Shown here one piece after another: positions 8,619-19,200 of a stretch of 64,000 nt of DNA; the stretch's first letter is position 1, and each line of letters starts with the position of its first letter. Below the pieces are notes generated by a model. It saw nothing but the letters and a program-made list of their open reading frames with translations. It made no database searches and had not been told where the DNA came from. A program made the position numbers and the translations under genes. The DNA is from Candidatus Margulisiibacteriota bacterium. GTDB lineage: Bacteria; Margulisbacteria; Marinamargulisbacteria; UBA817. The stretch spans positions 1,084-65,083 of the forward strand of contig JADHOE010000001.1 in NCBI GenBank assembly GCA_016779165.1, in the 5' to 3' direction.

Positions 8619-9341
8619 TTGGCACCAGAGTTTGGTACTATAGTGAATATGGTTTCCAAAAACGAACGATGGCACATGTTCAATGCAATCTCAGCGACTT
8701 ATGATACCATTAATCGGTGGATCACCTTTGGTGCGGATGCGCATTGGCGATCCCAATTGGTGGCGCGTATTCCCAGCACGGCCCGGTATTTGGTAGACGT
8801 GGCGGCTGGCACCATGGATGTGGCCATTGCGGCGGCCAAGCAATGCCAACAATTAACTCGCATTACCGCGCTTGATATGGCACAACATATGTTGGCTATT
8901 GGCGAAGAAAAGTGCAAGAAAAACGGGTTGGGGGTGGTTGCTGCCATGGTGGCCGATGTTCACCGGTTGCCAATGGCCGAAAACAGTGTGGATGCCATTA
9001 CAGTGGCGTTTGGCATTCGAAACTTTGAGCATTTGGACACGGCGTTTACAGAAATGCATCGTGTGTTGGCCCCTGGGGGGCCATTGTTGATTTTGGAATC
9101 GTGCCAGCCAAAGCAGGCGTGGCTGCGGCAGTTGAACCGGTGGTACTTGAGATGGTGGGTTCAGCCCATTGGTGGACGGTTATCGGGCAAGGCCGATGCC
9201 TATGCGTATTTGTCTGAAAGCATTGATGAATTTCATTCGCCTGAGACATTGCGAACCATGCTTGGGAATGCTGGGTTTTCATCGGTTACCACCACCTACT
9301 TTATGGCGCAATCGGTGCAATTGATCCATGCCGTTAAGTAG
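8619..9341 (+). CDS. ubiE: demethylmenaquinone/ubiquinone C-methyltransferase UbiE/MenG
   Basis: Class I SAM-dependent methyltransferase; N-terminal motif F..I...YD..N...S.G.H..W characteristic of UbiE/MenG; SAM-binding 'LVDVAAGT'. Confidence 0.85.
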   Translation: MAPEFGTIVNMVSKNERWHMFNAISATYDTINRWITFGADAHWRSQLVARIPSTARYLVDVAAGTMDVAIAAAKQCQQLTRITALDMAQHMLAIGEEKCKKNGLGVVAAMVADVHRLPMAENSVDAITVAFGIRNFEHLDTAFTEMHRVLAPGGPLLILESCQPKQAWLRQLNRWYLRWWVQPIGGRLSGKADAYAYLSESIDEFHSPETLRTMLGNAGFSSVTTTYFMAQSVQLIHAVK

Positions 9342-10602
9342 GGCGCTGATTGAAAGCATTCGTGAACGTGTGGCTGATGCCAGTGATATTTGGCAAACCA
9401 TGGATGTCGAACTTGACCATTCACTAGACCTGTTGTTGAAGGCGGCCGGTTGTGATGTGGCCCCCATGGTTTATTTTTCAACGCCATGTAAGGAGATCGA
9501 ATATTTGGGGTTGGGGCAGTGGGTGGTGTTTAACAATCAATCTGCCAAGGCATTTTTAAGTCAAACGACATCCAAAGATGTGGTTTTGATGGGGGGGCAA
9601 GCATTCGATTCGTCCAAGCTTAAGCCGGGCATGCCAGCTGAATGGTGGGTATTGCCGGTTGCTGTTATTATTCAAACCCCAAAAAAGCGTGCCATTCGGG
9701 TGATGATCCCCCCCAATCTCGATGATGCATGGACCACCATCGAAACCATACTTTTACAGTGGGTAGACGCCGTCGCACAGCCCGAACACCATGGGGCTTA
9801 CACTGGGGTTGAACACCGCCCCAAAAAAAACAAATGGCTAAGCACTATCGATGACGTTAAGAATTTATTTCAAACCACAGGGCTTGAAAAAGTGGTGATG
9901 GCCAGAGAAAGCCAGTTTGTGTTCGATGCGCCCCTCAACCCCTTTGCCATGATGGCTGTGATTCAACGCCATGGCCCTGAACTGCACCATTTTGTGATGC
10001 GGTTTTCTAGTGATGAGGCATTTATTGGGGGTACTCCGGAGCGATTGTTTGAAATCAACGACGGTGGCATTGTGTCGGATGCCATTGCAGGGACCATTCG
10101 AAACGATGCAGGGGCAACTGAATTACTGACCCGGCACAAAGATGCCAGCGAGCACCGCTATGTGTCGGATTTTATTTTAAGGGCCATGCAGGGATTGTGT
10201 GATGGGTCGATTACCTTTAAGAATAAACCAAGGTTGCTGACCTTACGGGTGATTTCCCATTTGATGCAGACATTTAAGGGGGTGCTTCGGCCAGGGGTTG
10301 GACCGTTTGATGCCATGGCCGCGTTGCACCCCACCCCTGCTGTTGCAGGTACTCCCACCAATTTGGCCATGGGGGCCATTGCTCAATTGGAGCCATTTTC
10401 ACGCAAGTGGTATGCCGGGCCCATGGGGGTGGTGTCGGCATCGCAGAGCACGGTGGTGGTGGCCATTCGATCGGGTTTGGTAAAAGGGTCCAATGTCACC
10501 TTGTTTGCCGGAGCTGGTATTGTTGCTGAATCGGACGCCAACAGTGAATGGGATGAATTAAATGCAAAAATCAGTGGGTTTGAGGCATTGTTTCGCTCAT
10601 GA
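9328..10602 (+). CDS. menF: isochorismate synthase (MenF-type, chorismate-binding enzyme)
   Basis: C-terminal chorismate-binding domain motifs (GGTPERLFE..., ...AGAGIVAESD...); adjacent to ubiE and overlapping menD. Confidence 0.8.
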   Translation: MPLSRALIESIRERVADASDIWQTMDVELDHSLDLLLKAAGCDVAPMVYFSTPCKEIEYLGLGQWVVFNNQSAKAFLSQTTSKDVVLMGGQAFDSSKLKPGMPAEWWVLPVAVIIQTPKKRAIRVMIPPNLDDAWTTIETILLQWVDAVAQPEHHGAYTGVEHRPKKNKWLSTIDDVKNLFQTTGLEKVVMARESQFVFDAPLNPFAMMAVIQRHGPELHHFVMRFSSDEAFIGGTPERLFEINDGGIVSDAIAGTIRNDAGATELLTRHKDASEHRYVSDFILRAMQGLCDGSITFKNKPRLLTLRVISHLMQTFKGVLRPGVGPFDAMAALHPTPAVAGTPTNLAMGAIAQLEPFSRKWYAGPMGVVSASQSTVVVAIRSGLVKGSNVTLFAGAGIVAESDANSEWDELNAKISGFEALFRS

Positions 10603-12113
10603 GTACCACCATTGACGCCTTGCTTGACCGAATATTAAAGGAAGGGGTTCAGGTGTGTTGCTTGGGGGCCGGTTCAAGGTCCACCCAGTTGGTGCACTTG
10701 CTGCAGCAAACCCACATTGAACTGCTGCCTTTTGTGGATGAGCGTGCTGTGGGGTACATGGCCCTGGGCATTGCCAAGGCCACAAAACGGCCCGTATTGG
10801 TGGTGACCACATCGGGCACCGCGGTGAGTAACTTATGCCCAGCAATGACCGAAGCCGCCCATGGCCACATTAATTTAATTGCTTTAACGGCGGACCGACC
10901 CAGCGATACGGCGGGTACATCGGCGAATCAAACCATTGATCAACAGGGCATTTTTCACGATGCCTTGGCGCAGGTGCAGTGGGAGGCGGGAAAAGATGTG
11001 TATGATGAATGTGACCGCGCGTTTGATTTGATGGCCCGGCAGGGTGGGCCAGTGCATGTGAATGTACGATTGAAGGATCCGGTGACCCACCCCCTGATCG
11101 AATGGTCAAGCGTGCCACCCCCAAGCGCCCTAAGAATGGCCGAACAGCCCATGGGGGCGCCACTACCTGACTTGAGCGATGCAACACGGGGATTGTTGTG
11201 CATTGGTCAGTTGGAGCCCTGGGTGGACCGTGACCAAATATGGCAGGCAATGGACCACCTAAAATGGCCGGTGGTGGTGGATGGTAGCCACGCCCGGTTG
11301 AAATCGCACCCCTTGGCGTTTCATGGGGCCGATGCGTTTTGTATGGCGCACACCCCCCCTGCATTCGACCTCATTTTGTGCATTGGTGGGCGATGGATTA
11401 GCAAACATATGAGCACATTTTTATTGGCGGACCATGTGCTGCATTGGTCGGAAGGGGCCAAGCCGGTGGTTCATGTAACAAATCGCCATCAGGGGAGTTA
11501 TAAGGGGCTTTTGTCGCTAAGCACCCAGCCTCACAAAATGCCGGTGGATGGGCTAAATCAGGCACTGGCTTTGGCAACGCAGGATGCTGTTGCTGCGAAA
11601 CCCGCATCAGACCTGGGGTTTATTGTGTCGGCCTTCAACCAAATGGCGGCACCCTTTGATTGTTTTATTGCCAACAGCTTGCCCATACGGCTGGTGGATG
11701 CCATGCATGTTGCCCATGTTCGACACGTGCATGTGAACCGAGGCGCCAGTGGGATTGATGGCAACATAGCCACCATTATGGGGCTGTGCATGGCCGAAAC
11801 GGATGTGCCATTGTTGGCCGTGGTGGGTGATTTGGCGGCGGTGTATGATTTAAATTCGTTTTTGCTGATGCCCAAGGTTAGGCGTCCCGTTAGCATACTG
11901 ATTATTAATAATGGTGGTGGGGACATTTTTTCACGCTTGCCATCGGTGGCCAATCGCTCAGACTTCAATGATATGTTCAAACTTGCGCATCAATGGCCCT
12001 TGGCCAACATGATTGCCGCCATGGGGCTGAATGCCAACCGCATTGACCACCCATCAGCACTTAATCTTGATTTTGACCGGCAGGTGATAGAGTGCATGAC
12101 CATTGAAAAATAA
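10599..12113 (+). CDS. menD: 2-succinyl-5-enolpyruvyl-6-hydroxy-3-cyclohexene-1-carboxylate synthase MenD (ThDP-dependent)
   Basis: 504 aa; ThDP-enzyme N-terminal pyrimidine-binding domain and C-terminal 'GDLA...NNGGG.IF' ThDP-binding motif; men-cluster context. Confidence 0.85.
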   Translation: MSTTIDALLDRILKEGVQVCCLGAGSRSTQLVHLLQQTHIELLPFVDERAVGYMALGIAKATKRPVLVVTTSGTAVSNLCPAMTEAAHGHINLIALTADRPSDTAGTSANQTIDQQGIFHDALAQVQWEAGKDVYDECDRAFDLMARQGGPVHVNVRLKDPVTHPLIEWSSVPPPSALRMAEQPMGAPLPDLSDATRGLLCIGQLEPWVDRDQIWQAMDHLKWPVVVDGSHARLKSHPLAFHGADAFCMAHTPPAFDLILCIGGRWISKHMSTFLLADHVLHWSEGAKPVVHVTNRHQGSYKGLLSLSTQPHKMPVDGLNQALALATQDAVAAKPASDLGFIVSAFNQMAAPFDCFIANSLPIRLVDAMHVAHVRHVHVNRGASGIDGNIATIMGLCMAETDVPLLAVVGDLAAVYDLNSFLLMPKVRRPVSILIINNGGGDIFSRLPSVANRSDFNDMFKLAHQWPLANMIAAMGLNANRIDHPSALNLDFDRQVIECMTIEK

Positions 12114-12499
12114 GCCGTTAATGCCTAACTTATTACCATGTTTCGCTTAATGTTAATGAGTGTCGTCCTTGGTGTATGGGGTGTTGCTGGTGCAGAGCGG
12201 CCGGGGTTATCCGAAAATAAATGGTGACGTGGGTAATATTAAATACACAACAAATGTGTTGGTTGGCCTTAATATAAATACTGAGGGAAAAAAAATGTGC
12301 CCCATCCCGCAATTCAGCGTGTTGTATTCGTTTGGGTATTTCTTTTAAATCGACCATCAATCAATAAACCTTCCCATTGATTTAATTGAACACCAACCGA
12401 TACACTTATATGGATGATCCATTTGGTTTAGCATGCATTGGTTTTGACCAATGCCAAGTGGGCGCAGGCAATTGGACATTGTATACAATAGGAGGCACC

Positions 12500-14749
12500 A
12501 TGTTATTTGATTTGGATATGATTAAAAATGTGTATCAGGGGTTTGAAAAACAATATGCATTGATAAAAGCAGCGGCTGGACGCCCATTAACATTAACTGA
12601 AAAACTATTGATGCTTCACGCAGATTCGTCATCCGTGGCCCCTATTCGTGGGAAATCGTATGTGAATTTTAGGCCTGACCGGGTGGCCATGCAAGACGCC
12701 ACGGCCCAAATGGCCATTTTGCAGTTCATGCAAGCAGGAAAGCAACAAGTGGCGGTGCCTTCCACCGTGCATTGCGATCATTTAATCCAAGCCAAAGTGG
12801 GGGCAGACGATGATTTGTTGACGGCCATTGACACCAATAAAGAAGTTTATGATTTTTTGGCATCAGCATCCAATAAATATGGCATAGGATTTTGGAAGCC
12901 TGGGGCCGGAATTATTCATCAAGTGGTGCTAGAAAACTATGCATTTCCAGGGGGGATGATGATTGGTACCGATTCCCATACCCCAAACGCCGGTGGTTTG
13001 GGCATGATTGCCATTGGGGTGGGTGGGGCCGATGCTGTGGACGTGATGGTGGGTATGCCATGGGAGCTCAAATACCCCAAATTGATTGGGGTTCAATTAA
13101 CAGGGGAATTATCAGGTTGGGCTTCACCCAAAGATGTGATTTTAACATTGGCTGGCATTTTAACCGTTAAAGGTGCCACCAATGCCATTGTGGAATACGT
13201 TGGGCCTGGCACCCAAAGCTTGTCGGCTACTGGCAAGGGCACCATTTGCAACATGGGCGCCGAAATTGGGGCAACCACCAGTATTTTTCCATATGACGAA
13301 AAAATGGCCGAGTATTTGGCCATTACCGGGCGGGTGGAAGTGGCGGAATTGGCAAATGAAATCAAGCACATATTGGTGCCCGATGACGAGGTGATTGCCA
13401 ATCCTGATGCGTATTACGATCAGGTCATCACCATCGACCTATCAACCTTAGAGCCCCACATCAATGGGCCGTTTACCCCCGATTTGGCCACCCCAATATC
13501 GCAATTTGGTGACTTGGCCAAAAAAAGCGGGTGGCCCATGGCGTTGGAGGTCGGTTTAATTGGATCGTGCACCAATTCATCCTACGAAGATATGGCCAGA
13601 GCGGCATCCGTGGCCAAGCAGGCCAGCGAAAAAAACGTGAAAGCCAATGCTGAATTTACCATAACCCCGGGGTCTGAAATGATTCGAAAAACCGTTGAGC
13701 GCGATGGCTTGTTGCGTGACTTTGATGCCATTGGGGGCACGGTATTGGCCAATGCGTGTGGGCCTTGCATTGGGCAGTGGGCCCGGCACAGCGATGACCC
13801 CAACCGTAAAAATTCAATTATTACATCATTCAACCGAAACTTTGCAAAACGAAACGATGGCAACCCCAATACCCATTCGTTTGTGGCATCCCCAGAAGTG
13901 GTAACGGCCATGGCCTTGGCGGGCCGATTGGACTTTAACCCAATGACCGATGCATTGACCAATACCATCGGTGAATCGGTGATGCTTGCCCCGCCCAGCG
14001 GTAATGAATTGCCCCCCAAGGGGTTTGATGTTGATGAGGATGGATACGTTGCTCCAGCCAAGAATGGGCAGTCGGTTGATGTGGTGGTGGATAAGGCGTC
14101 AGAACGATTGCAACTATTAACCCCATTTACCAAAAATAATGTGAGTGATTTTTCCAATCTGCGATTATTAATTAAGGCCAAAGGGAAGTGCACGACTGAT
14201 CATATATCCATGGCTGGCCCATGGTTAAAGTACCGTGGCCATTTGGATAACATTTCCAACAATTGTTTAATTGGGGCGATTAATGCGTTTAACGAACTGG
14301 CGAATCAGGTGAAATCCCCCAATGGTGGGTATGAAGGCGTCCCCATTGTGGCCAGAACCTACAAGGCCAAGGGCATTGGTACTGTGGTGGTGGGCGACGA
14401 AAACTATGGTGAAGGCTCGTCCAGGGAGCACGCGGCGATGGAGCCTCGGCACTTGGGGGTAAGGGTCATTGTCACCAAATCTTTTGCGCGAATTCACGAA
14501 ACCAATTTGAAAAAGCAAGGCATGCTGGCGTTAACGTTTCAAAATAAAGACGACTACAGCATCATTCAAGAAGACGATGCCATTCGCATTGACGGCTTGG
14601 CGTCATTTTCGCCAGGCTCAACACTCACCATGGTGTGCACCCATGCCGATGGCACAACCGACGAAATTCCATGCATGCATACCTATAACGAAGCCCAAAT
14701 AGACTGGTTTAAGCATGGGTCCGCGTTAAACATGTTGCGGGAAAAATAA
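12500..14749 (+). CDS. acn: aconitate hydratase, mitochondrial-type (~750 aa class)
   Basis: Start at ATG 12500 preceded by AGGAGG. Aconitase family motifs: Fe-S ligand cysteines ([19 protein letters not shown]) and the C-terminal swivel domain. Length matches the mitochondrial/Bacteroidetes-type enzyme rather than AcnA or AcnB. Confidence 0.9.
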   Translation: MLFDLDMIKNVYQGFEKQYALIKAAAGRPLTLTEKLLMLHADSSSVAPIRGKSYVNFRPDRVAMQDATAQMAILQFMQAGKQQVAVPSTVHCDHLIQAKVGADDDLLTAIDTNKEVYDFLASASNKYGIGFWKPGAGIIHQVVLENYAFPGGMMIGTDSHTPNAGGLGMIAIGVGGADAVDVMVGMPWELKYPKLIGVQLTGELSGWASPKDVILTLAGILTVKGATNAIVEYVGPGTQSLSATGKGTICNMGAEIGATTSIFPYDEKMAEYLAITGRVEVAELANEIKHILVPDDEVIANPDAYYDQVITIDLSTLEPHINGPFTPDLATPISQFGDLAKKSGWPMALEVGLIGSCTNSSYEDMARAASVAKQASEKNVKANAEFTITPGSEMIRKTVERDGLLRDFDAIGGTVLANACGPCIGQWARHSDDPNRKNSIITSFNRNFAKRNDGNPNTHSFVASPEVVTAMALAGRLDFNPMTDALTNTIGESVMLAPPSGNELPPKGFDVDEDGYVAPAKNGQSVDVVVDKASERLQLLTPFTKNNVSDFSNLRLLIKAKGKCTTDHISMAGPWLKYRGHLDNISNNCLIGAINAFNELANQVKSPNGGYEGVPIVARTYKAKGIGTVVVGDENYGEGSSREHAAMEPRHLGVRVIVTKSFARIHETNLKKQGMLALTFQNKDDYSIIQEDDAIRIDGLASFSPGSTLTMVCTHADGTTDEIPCMHTYNEAQIDWFKHGSALNMLREK

Positions 14750-14843
14750 CCTTGGATGGGGCTTTGGGGAATATGCCATTTGTGATAAAATCCAACAAAT
14801 AAAATTGATGCAGGGCCACAATGCTGTGGTATGGAGGATATAA

Positions 14844-15245
14844 ATGAAACAATGGGTTTGCTTGATTGGTTTGGTTGCAATGGTTGGTGTTCATTTGCAT
14901 GCTTTGGAAGTGCCGCCAATATCGCAATTTGGATTGTCTACCCCCAGCGTTGGTTGGGCAAATAAAGCGGGTGAGGAATTGCTTGGGCACCATGGCCTAA
15001 CAGTAGTCCCTGGCCTGAGTTTGCATGGCATTGGTGTGACCCTTGGGTGGGCATCAACACATTACGTGCCTGAATATAAAACCGATCGCGTTATACCATA
15101 TTGGCATTGGGGAGTTAACGTGCTTTACGGCATATACCCAGTGATTGGGGTGGGTGCAGAATACAAGGTGAATGATACTCAATTTATTTCCTTGCAAACA
15201 GTGAATTTAGATGGGGTTATTTTGGGGCTAATGGTTCGGCCCTAA
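14844..15245 (+). CDS. hypothetical small secreted/outer-membrane protein
   Basis: 133 aa; signal-peptide-like N-terminus; Gly/aromatic-rich with alternating hydrophobic pattern suggesting a small beta-barrel. Confidence 0.45.
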   Translation: MKQWVCLIGLVAMVGVHLHALEVPPISQFGLSTPSVGWANKAGEELLGHHGLTVVPGLSLHGIGVTLGWASTHYVPEYKTDRVIPYWHWGVNVLYGIYPVIGVGAEYKVNDTQFISLQTVNLDGVILGLMVRP

Positions 15246-15289
15246 ATGGTGCTTAAACGCTGCGTTTATGCGTGAAATGCAAGGCCTGG

Positions 15290-16120
15290 TTAGCGGCGGT
15301 CGTTGTAGACGGACGATGCCTGATTGATGTCGGCCCGTTTTTTAATTAAATCAAGGACCTCTTGGTTGGATTCTTGATCCTCGGTGGGCGCAAACAAGGC
15401 CTTGCCGCGCGGGTCGACCCCTTTGGGGGGTGTGGTTAGGTAGTACACGGCCATGCTTTTACGGCAAATGCCATTGGGTGTGGTGACTTCCCGGCACAAG
15501 CCGTGCCAACTGTTTTGGGTGGTATCAAAAAATACGGCGCGATTAAACAATGGTTCAATTTCATGCACCAGCCGCCCTGGTTTGTTGGTGCTGGCGTCAT
15601 GCTCGTACAAGCCCAAGTGCCCCCCCCAATCCGATTGCCACTGGGTTTGCAGGTAAACAATAATGTTGATTTTTCGTTGGTAGGGCAATTTGGGGTGCAT
15701 GGAGTAATCCAAATGTGGGTTTAGTCTTCCTCCGTTGGCATGAATGTGCCAGCCGCCACCGTTTAACCCGTTGTCGGGCACCAACACGGGAATGCCGGTG
15801 GCCTGCATGAGCATGGTCAAAAATGGGGCGGAGTTTAAGTAGGTGAAGGCTTCGTAAGTGGCTTTTGGAAAGGTGTTCCAATTATTGGACACTTTTTTAA
15901 TTTCGATGGGGTTGTTGTAGGCGTGCCACATGGGGTCGTCAAAGTCAGGAAACTCGTTGGATAACTGGTCGGCCAGTTCCGCCGGAAAAAAATTGTCGAT
16001 CACCGTGTATGAAAACGGTTTTTTGGTTGAAAAATCCTTAAAGTGTGGGGTGAATGTGTCGGTGTTTATCATGCCAGCCTCGTTGTTTATTTGGTCGTGT
16101 TTATTATAATCCAAATGCAT
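15290..16120 (-). CDS. 2OG-Fe(II) oxygenase superfamily protein (putative)
   Basis: 276 aa; double-stranded beta-helix-like region with H-x-D ('HIHANGGRLNPHLD') and downstream His ('WHGL'); immediately downstream, on the same strand, of the 1209-aa effector gene. Confidence 0.5.
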   Translation of the reverse strand: MHLDYNKHDQINNEAGMINTDTFTPHFKDFSTKKPFSYTVIDNFFPAELADQLSNEFPDFDDPMWHAYNNPIEIKKVSNNWNTFPKATYEAFTYLNSAPFLTMLMQATGIPVLVPDNGLNGGGWHIHANGGRLNPHLDYSMHPKLPYQRKINIIVYLQTQWQSDWGGHLGLYEHDASTNKPGRLVHEIEPLFNRAVFFDTTQNSWHGLCREVTTPNGICRKSMAVYYLTTPPKGVDPRGKALFAPTEDQESNQEVLDLIKKRADINQASSVYNDRR

Positions 16121-16206
16121 GCAAATGGCGATTAGAAATGGTGCGTACCAAGGGTGAGGGCAGTAAGGATTTAAACTGGTGACTAAAATTGCGGGGAACT
16201 AAACCG

Positions 16207-19200
16207 TTATGGGGTTGTCTTTTTTGAATTTCTTTTTAATTTGTTAATTTGTTTTAACTGTTTTGCACCTAGTTGCATAAGTTCTCTTCGTTTTTCATTT
16301 AAATTGCTTTGAAGCGTTTGGATTGTTTCATTCCCCACGTTGGGCAAACAGGCCCAGCCCAGCATTTGTTTGGGGATGGGGTGGTCATCCAATGCATGAT
16401 TTAAATTCCATTTTATGATGGCTGATCCGATGCCCCCCGGACGTGCTTGTACGGCAATGCCCAGGTTTTGGGTGGCCAACTCAAAAAACTTTAGGCCAAA
16501 CTGTTTTCTTTCGGCATCGCTTTTAAAGCCATTGGCTAGCATCGTAAGATAGGTGTCGTGGTTCGCCATTTCGTGCAAAATGCTCATGGTTTTGGTGCGA
16601 TCTTGCCCGCTTTTGCATTGATAGCAGGGGGTGCAATTGGCCAAGGCTGAAAATGCCAAGTCCAGTGTTTCAATGGTGAATGTTTGGTAAAACGTTCTCG
16701 AGACATCTGTTGACACCTGGGTCGCCTTGGCTGGTCGCGGTGGTTGGGGTTTTTCGTACAGGTGCATGATGCTGCGTAGGAACATTTTTTCGTGGGCGCT
16801 TAGTTTTTCTGGTTTTAATAAAGCCTTGTTAATTTCTGTGGTTAATTTGTCAGGATCGGTTGTTTTTGTCTTAATTTTTTTCAGTGTATTTATAAATAAA
16901 TTATTGTCCTTACCCAATGCATGGTGTTGTTCAATAATCGTATCTATTTTTTGGGGTAAGCTTTTTTTTGCCTTGTTTTGGGCCGAAGCGAACATGGATG
17001 GAACCCCAAGCTTGGAGCTGCCGATGTCTGAAAGCCCAATTTTCGATTGGGGGTGCTCGGTTACCATGGGGGGATCAATAGTGAATGAAACGTCATTGAT
17101 AGTGCTGGATAATGGGTTTTTTGTCGCTTCTTCAGTTAACTCGGTCACAGATGTATGCATGTCGTTTAACCATGGCTGTTCATCAGATTTTTTCCATAAG
17201 GAATCATCCATGCCCGTGCAAATGTGGGCCTGAAAGTGAAGGGTGAATGCTTGATTAGTTTCTTTCCAACAAAACCCGGTGCCCATGAGTTCTTGGTTTT
17301 TAGCGTGCATGTTATCGTTATCAGTTGGTGGAGTGGTTATGGATGTTCCTTTACCCTGTTTATTTAATTGATTAAAAATGGTTGTGGCGGAACCCGTGAG
17401 CAATTCGATTATGGCGGGTTTGTTTGTGGTTCGGCCAGATCGCACAAAAGCGATGGGTTGGGATTGCGCCTGATCAGGGCCAGCACCTGTTGAATCGGAT
17501 GGCTGGGTAAGGTTTTGGGGCACATGAATGCAGTGGGACCCTGGGCAGTTGGCTTCCAGCCGTTTCTGCAGGGCTAAAAACCCAAGTTTTGTGTCATTAT
17601 TTTTTAAGATAATATTTTGGTACTTGCCTTCTGTAATGCCCAGTTTCTTGAGTTGATTTTGGTTTACATCTTCTATTTGCTGACGCACTTGGCTGTCCAC
17701 AATCACTTCATTCGCTGTGGTTAGTGGTGGGGTAAGGCCTTCTGGTGTTGTGGATTTACCAATCGCTGGGGCCAGCAGGGCATAGGCCTGGCGAACCGCG
17801 TCCATGGGCCAACGCTTAAAGTCTGTGACATGTTCGGAAACCCAAGTCAGTAAATGTGTCGCCATGGTGGTTCTAAGTTCTGTTGGAGTCTTTTTTTTGC
17901 TACCGAGAGGAATTGCGGATGTGTCGTCGGCTTCATATTTCTTTAGAGTATTGTTCAACTGTTTAAATGCCATGGCCAGGTTGGGGTCTTTTTGGTAAAT
18001 ATTATCAATAAATTCATGAAACTGCGTGACGGCTTCTGTGACCAAACAAGCTCCCACCGTGGGGTTTTGAAGGATGGCGGTTAAGGCCGGATCCTTTAAG
18101 TTTGAAATATCGCTTACAGTTCGGAGTGGGGTTAAACGACCATCGTTTTCTTTCCATTGCAGGGGCAAGGTTTTTAGAACATCGGGGTGGTTGGTCTTGA
18201 GCAATTCCTTTAGGGCATCTTTTGTGTTTTGTGTCCCTTGTTGTTCTGAGGTTTGGGTGCGTTGTTTGGTTATTTTTTCTAAGGTTTGATTAACCTCACC
18301 CCACCGGCCTTGGGTAACCTGCTTATAAATCATTAAGCCATAGGGGTGGGCCAGAAGGTTGGGAATGTTATGGATGGTGGATGTTACCTTTTTTTTTTCG
18401 TTTTCTTTCGGCCCTGGTATATTATCTGTTATCGTTTTAATGTCATTCAACATGCTTAGCAATTGGTTTTCAACTTCAAGCGCTTTGGCAAGGGCTTTGC
18501 ATTTGGTGGCGATGTCGGTTTGGCTTTTTTTCTCCTCTTCCTTTATTGTCTCGAGGTCATTTTTTTTGGTTTCTAGTGTAGTTTTGGCTTCTTCCAATTC
18601 CGTAATTTTATCATGATTATTATGCCAATTTCGATCTTCTTCGGACATCTGGGCTATAGGCAGAGTTCTTTCTGTCATTTCTGTTGAATTAAAATGGGTG
18701 GGCGTATGTTTGTCAGTCTCTGTTTCCAAATCTTGGATAAGGGCTTCTTTTTTTTGAATTTCACGCTCTAATTTTTGAATATGAGCCGGGTAATTCATTC
18801 GCATGTCCAATTCCATCAGCTGCTGGTTCATGGGTGTGCCTGGTTCGTGGTTTATGCCCGTTATTATTTGAACTATTATTGAATTTTTAGCAAGGCCTAA
18901 AGCCGTTTCTTCTGAATGATTTATCAGGGCATTCAATGCCTGTTTAAAAATGGTTTCCATTGGATGATTTAAGATGGATTGGTCTTTCTGTAGGGTGCCC
19001 GAATTGGGTGATTTGGAAATCGCTGCTTCAGAAAACGCCTGTAAAAATGGGGCTAGCAGGGATCGTTTATGGGCCTTTATTGCGTCCAGTAGCAGACTTA
19101 GGTTGAATGAATCTTGGGGGAACGTTTGCACCAATTGTGTGGTGATTTGGTTCAGTGTGTCGTCTGTTAGGGTTGCAATGAATGATGTTGCGGCCTCCGA

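Noticed and set aside
10870-11364. 164-aa Pro/Gly-rich ORF antisense to menD, and similar antisense ORFs (10597-10845, 11558-11980, 13582-14193)
   Set aside because: They lie entirely within well-supported genes on the opposite strand. Their composition is the mirror of GC-rich coding sequence and there are no start signals.
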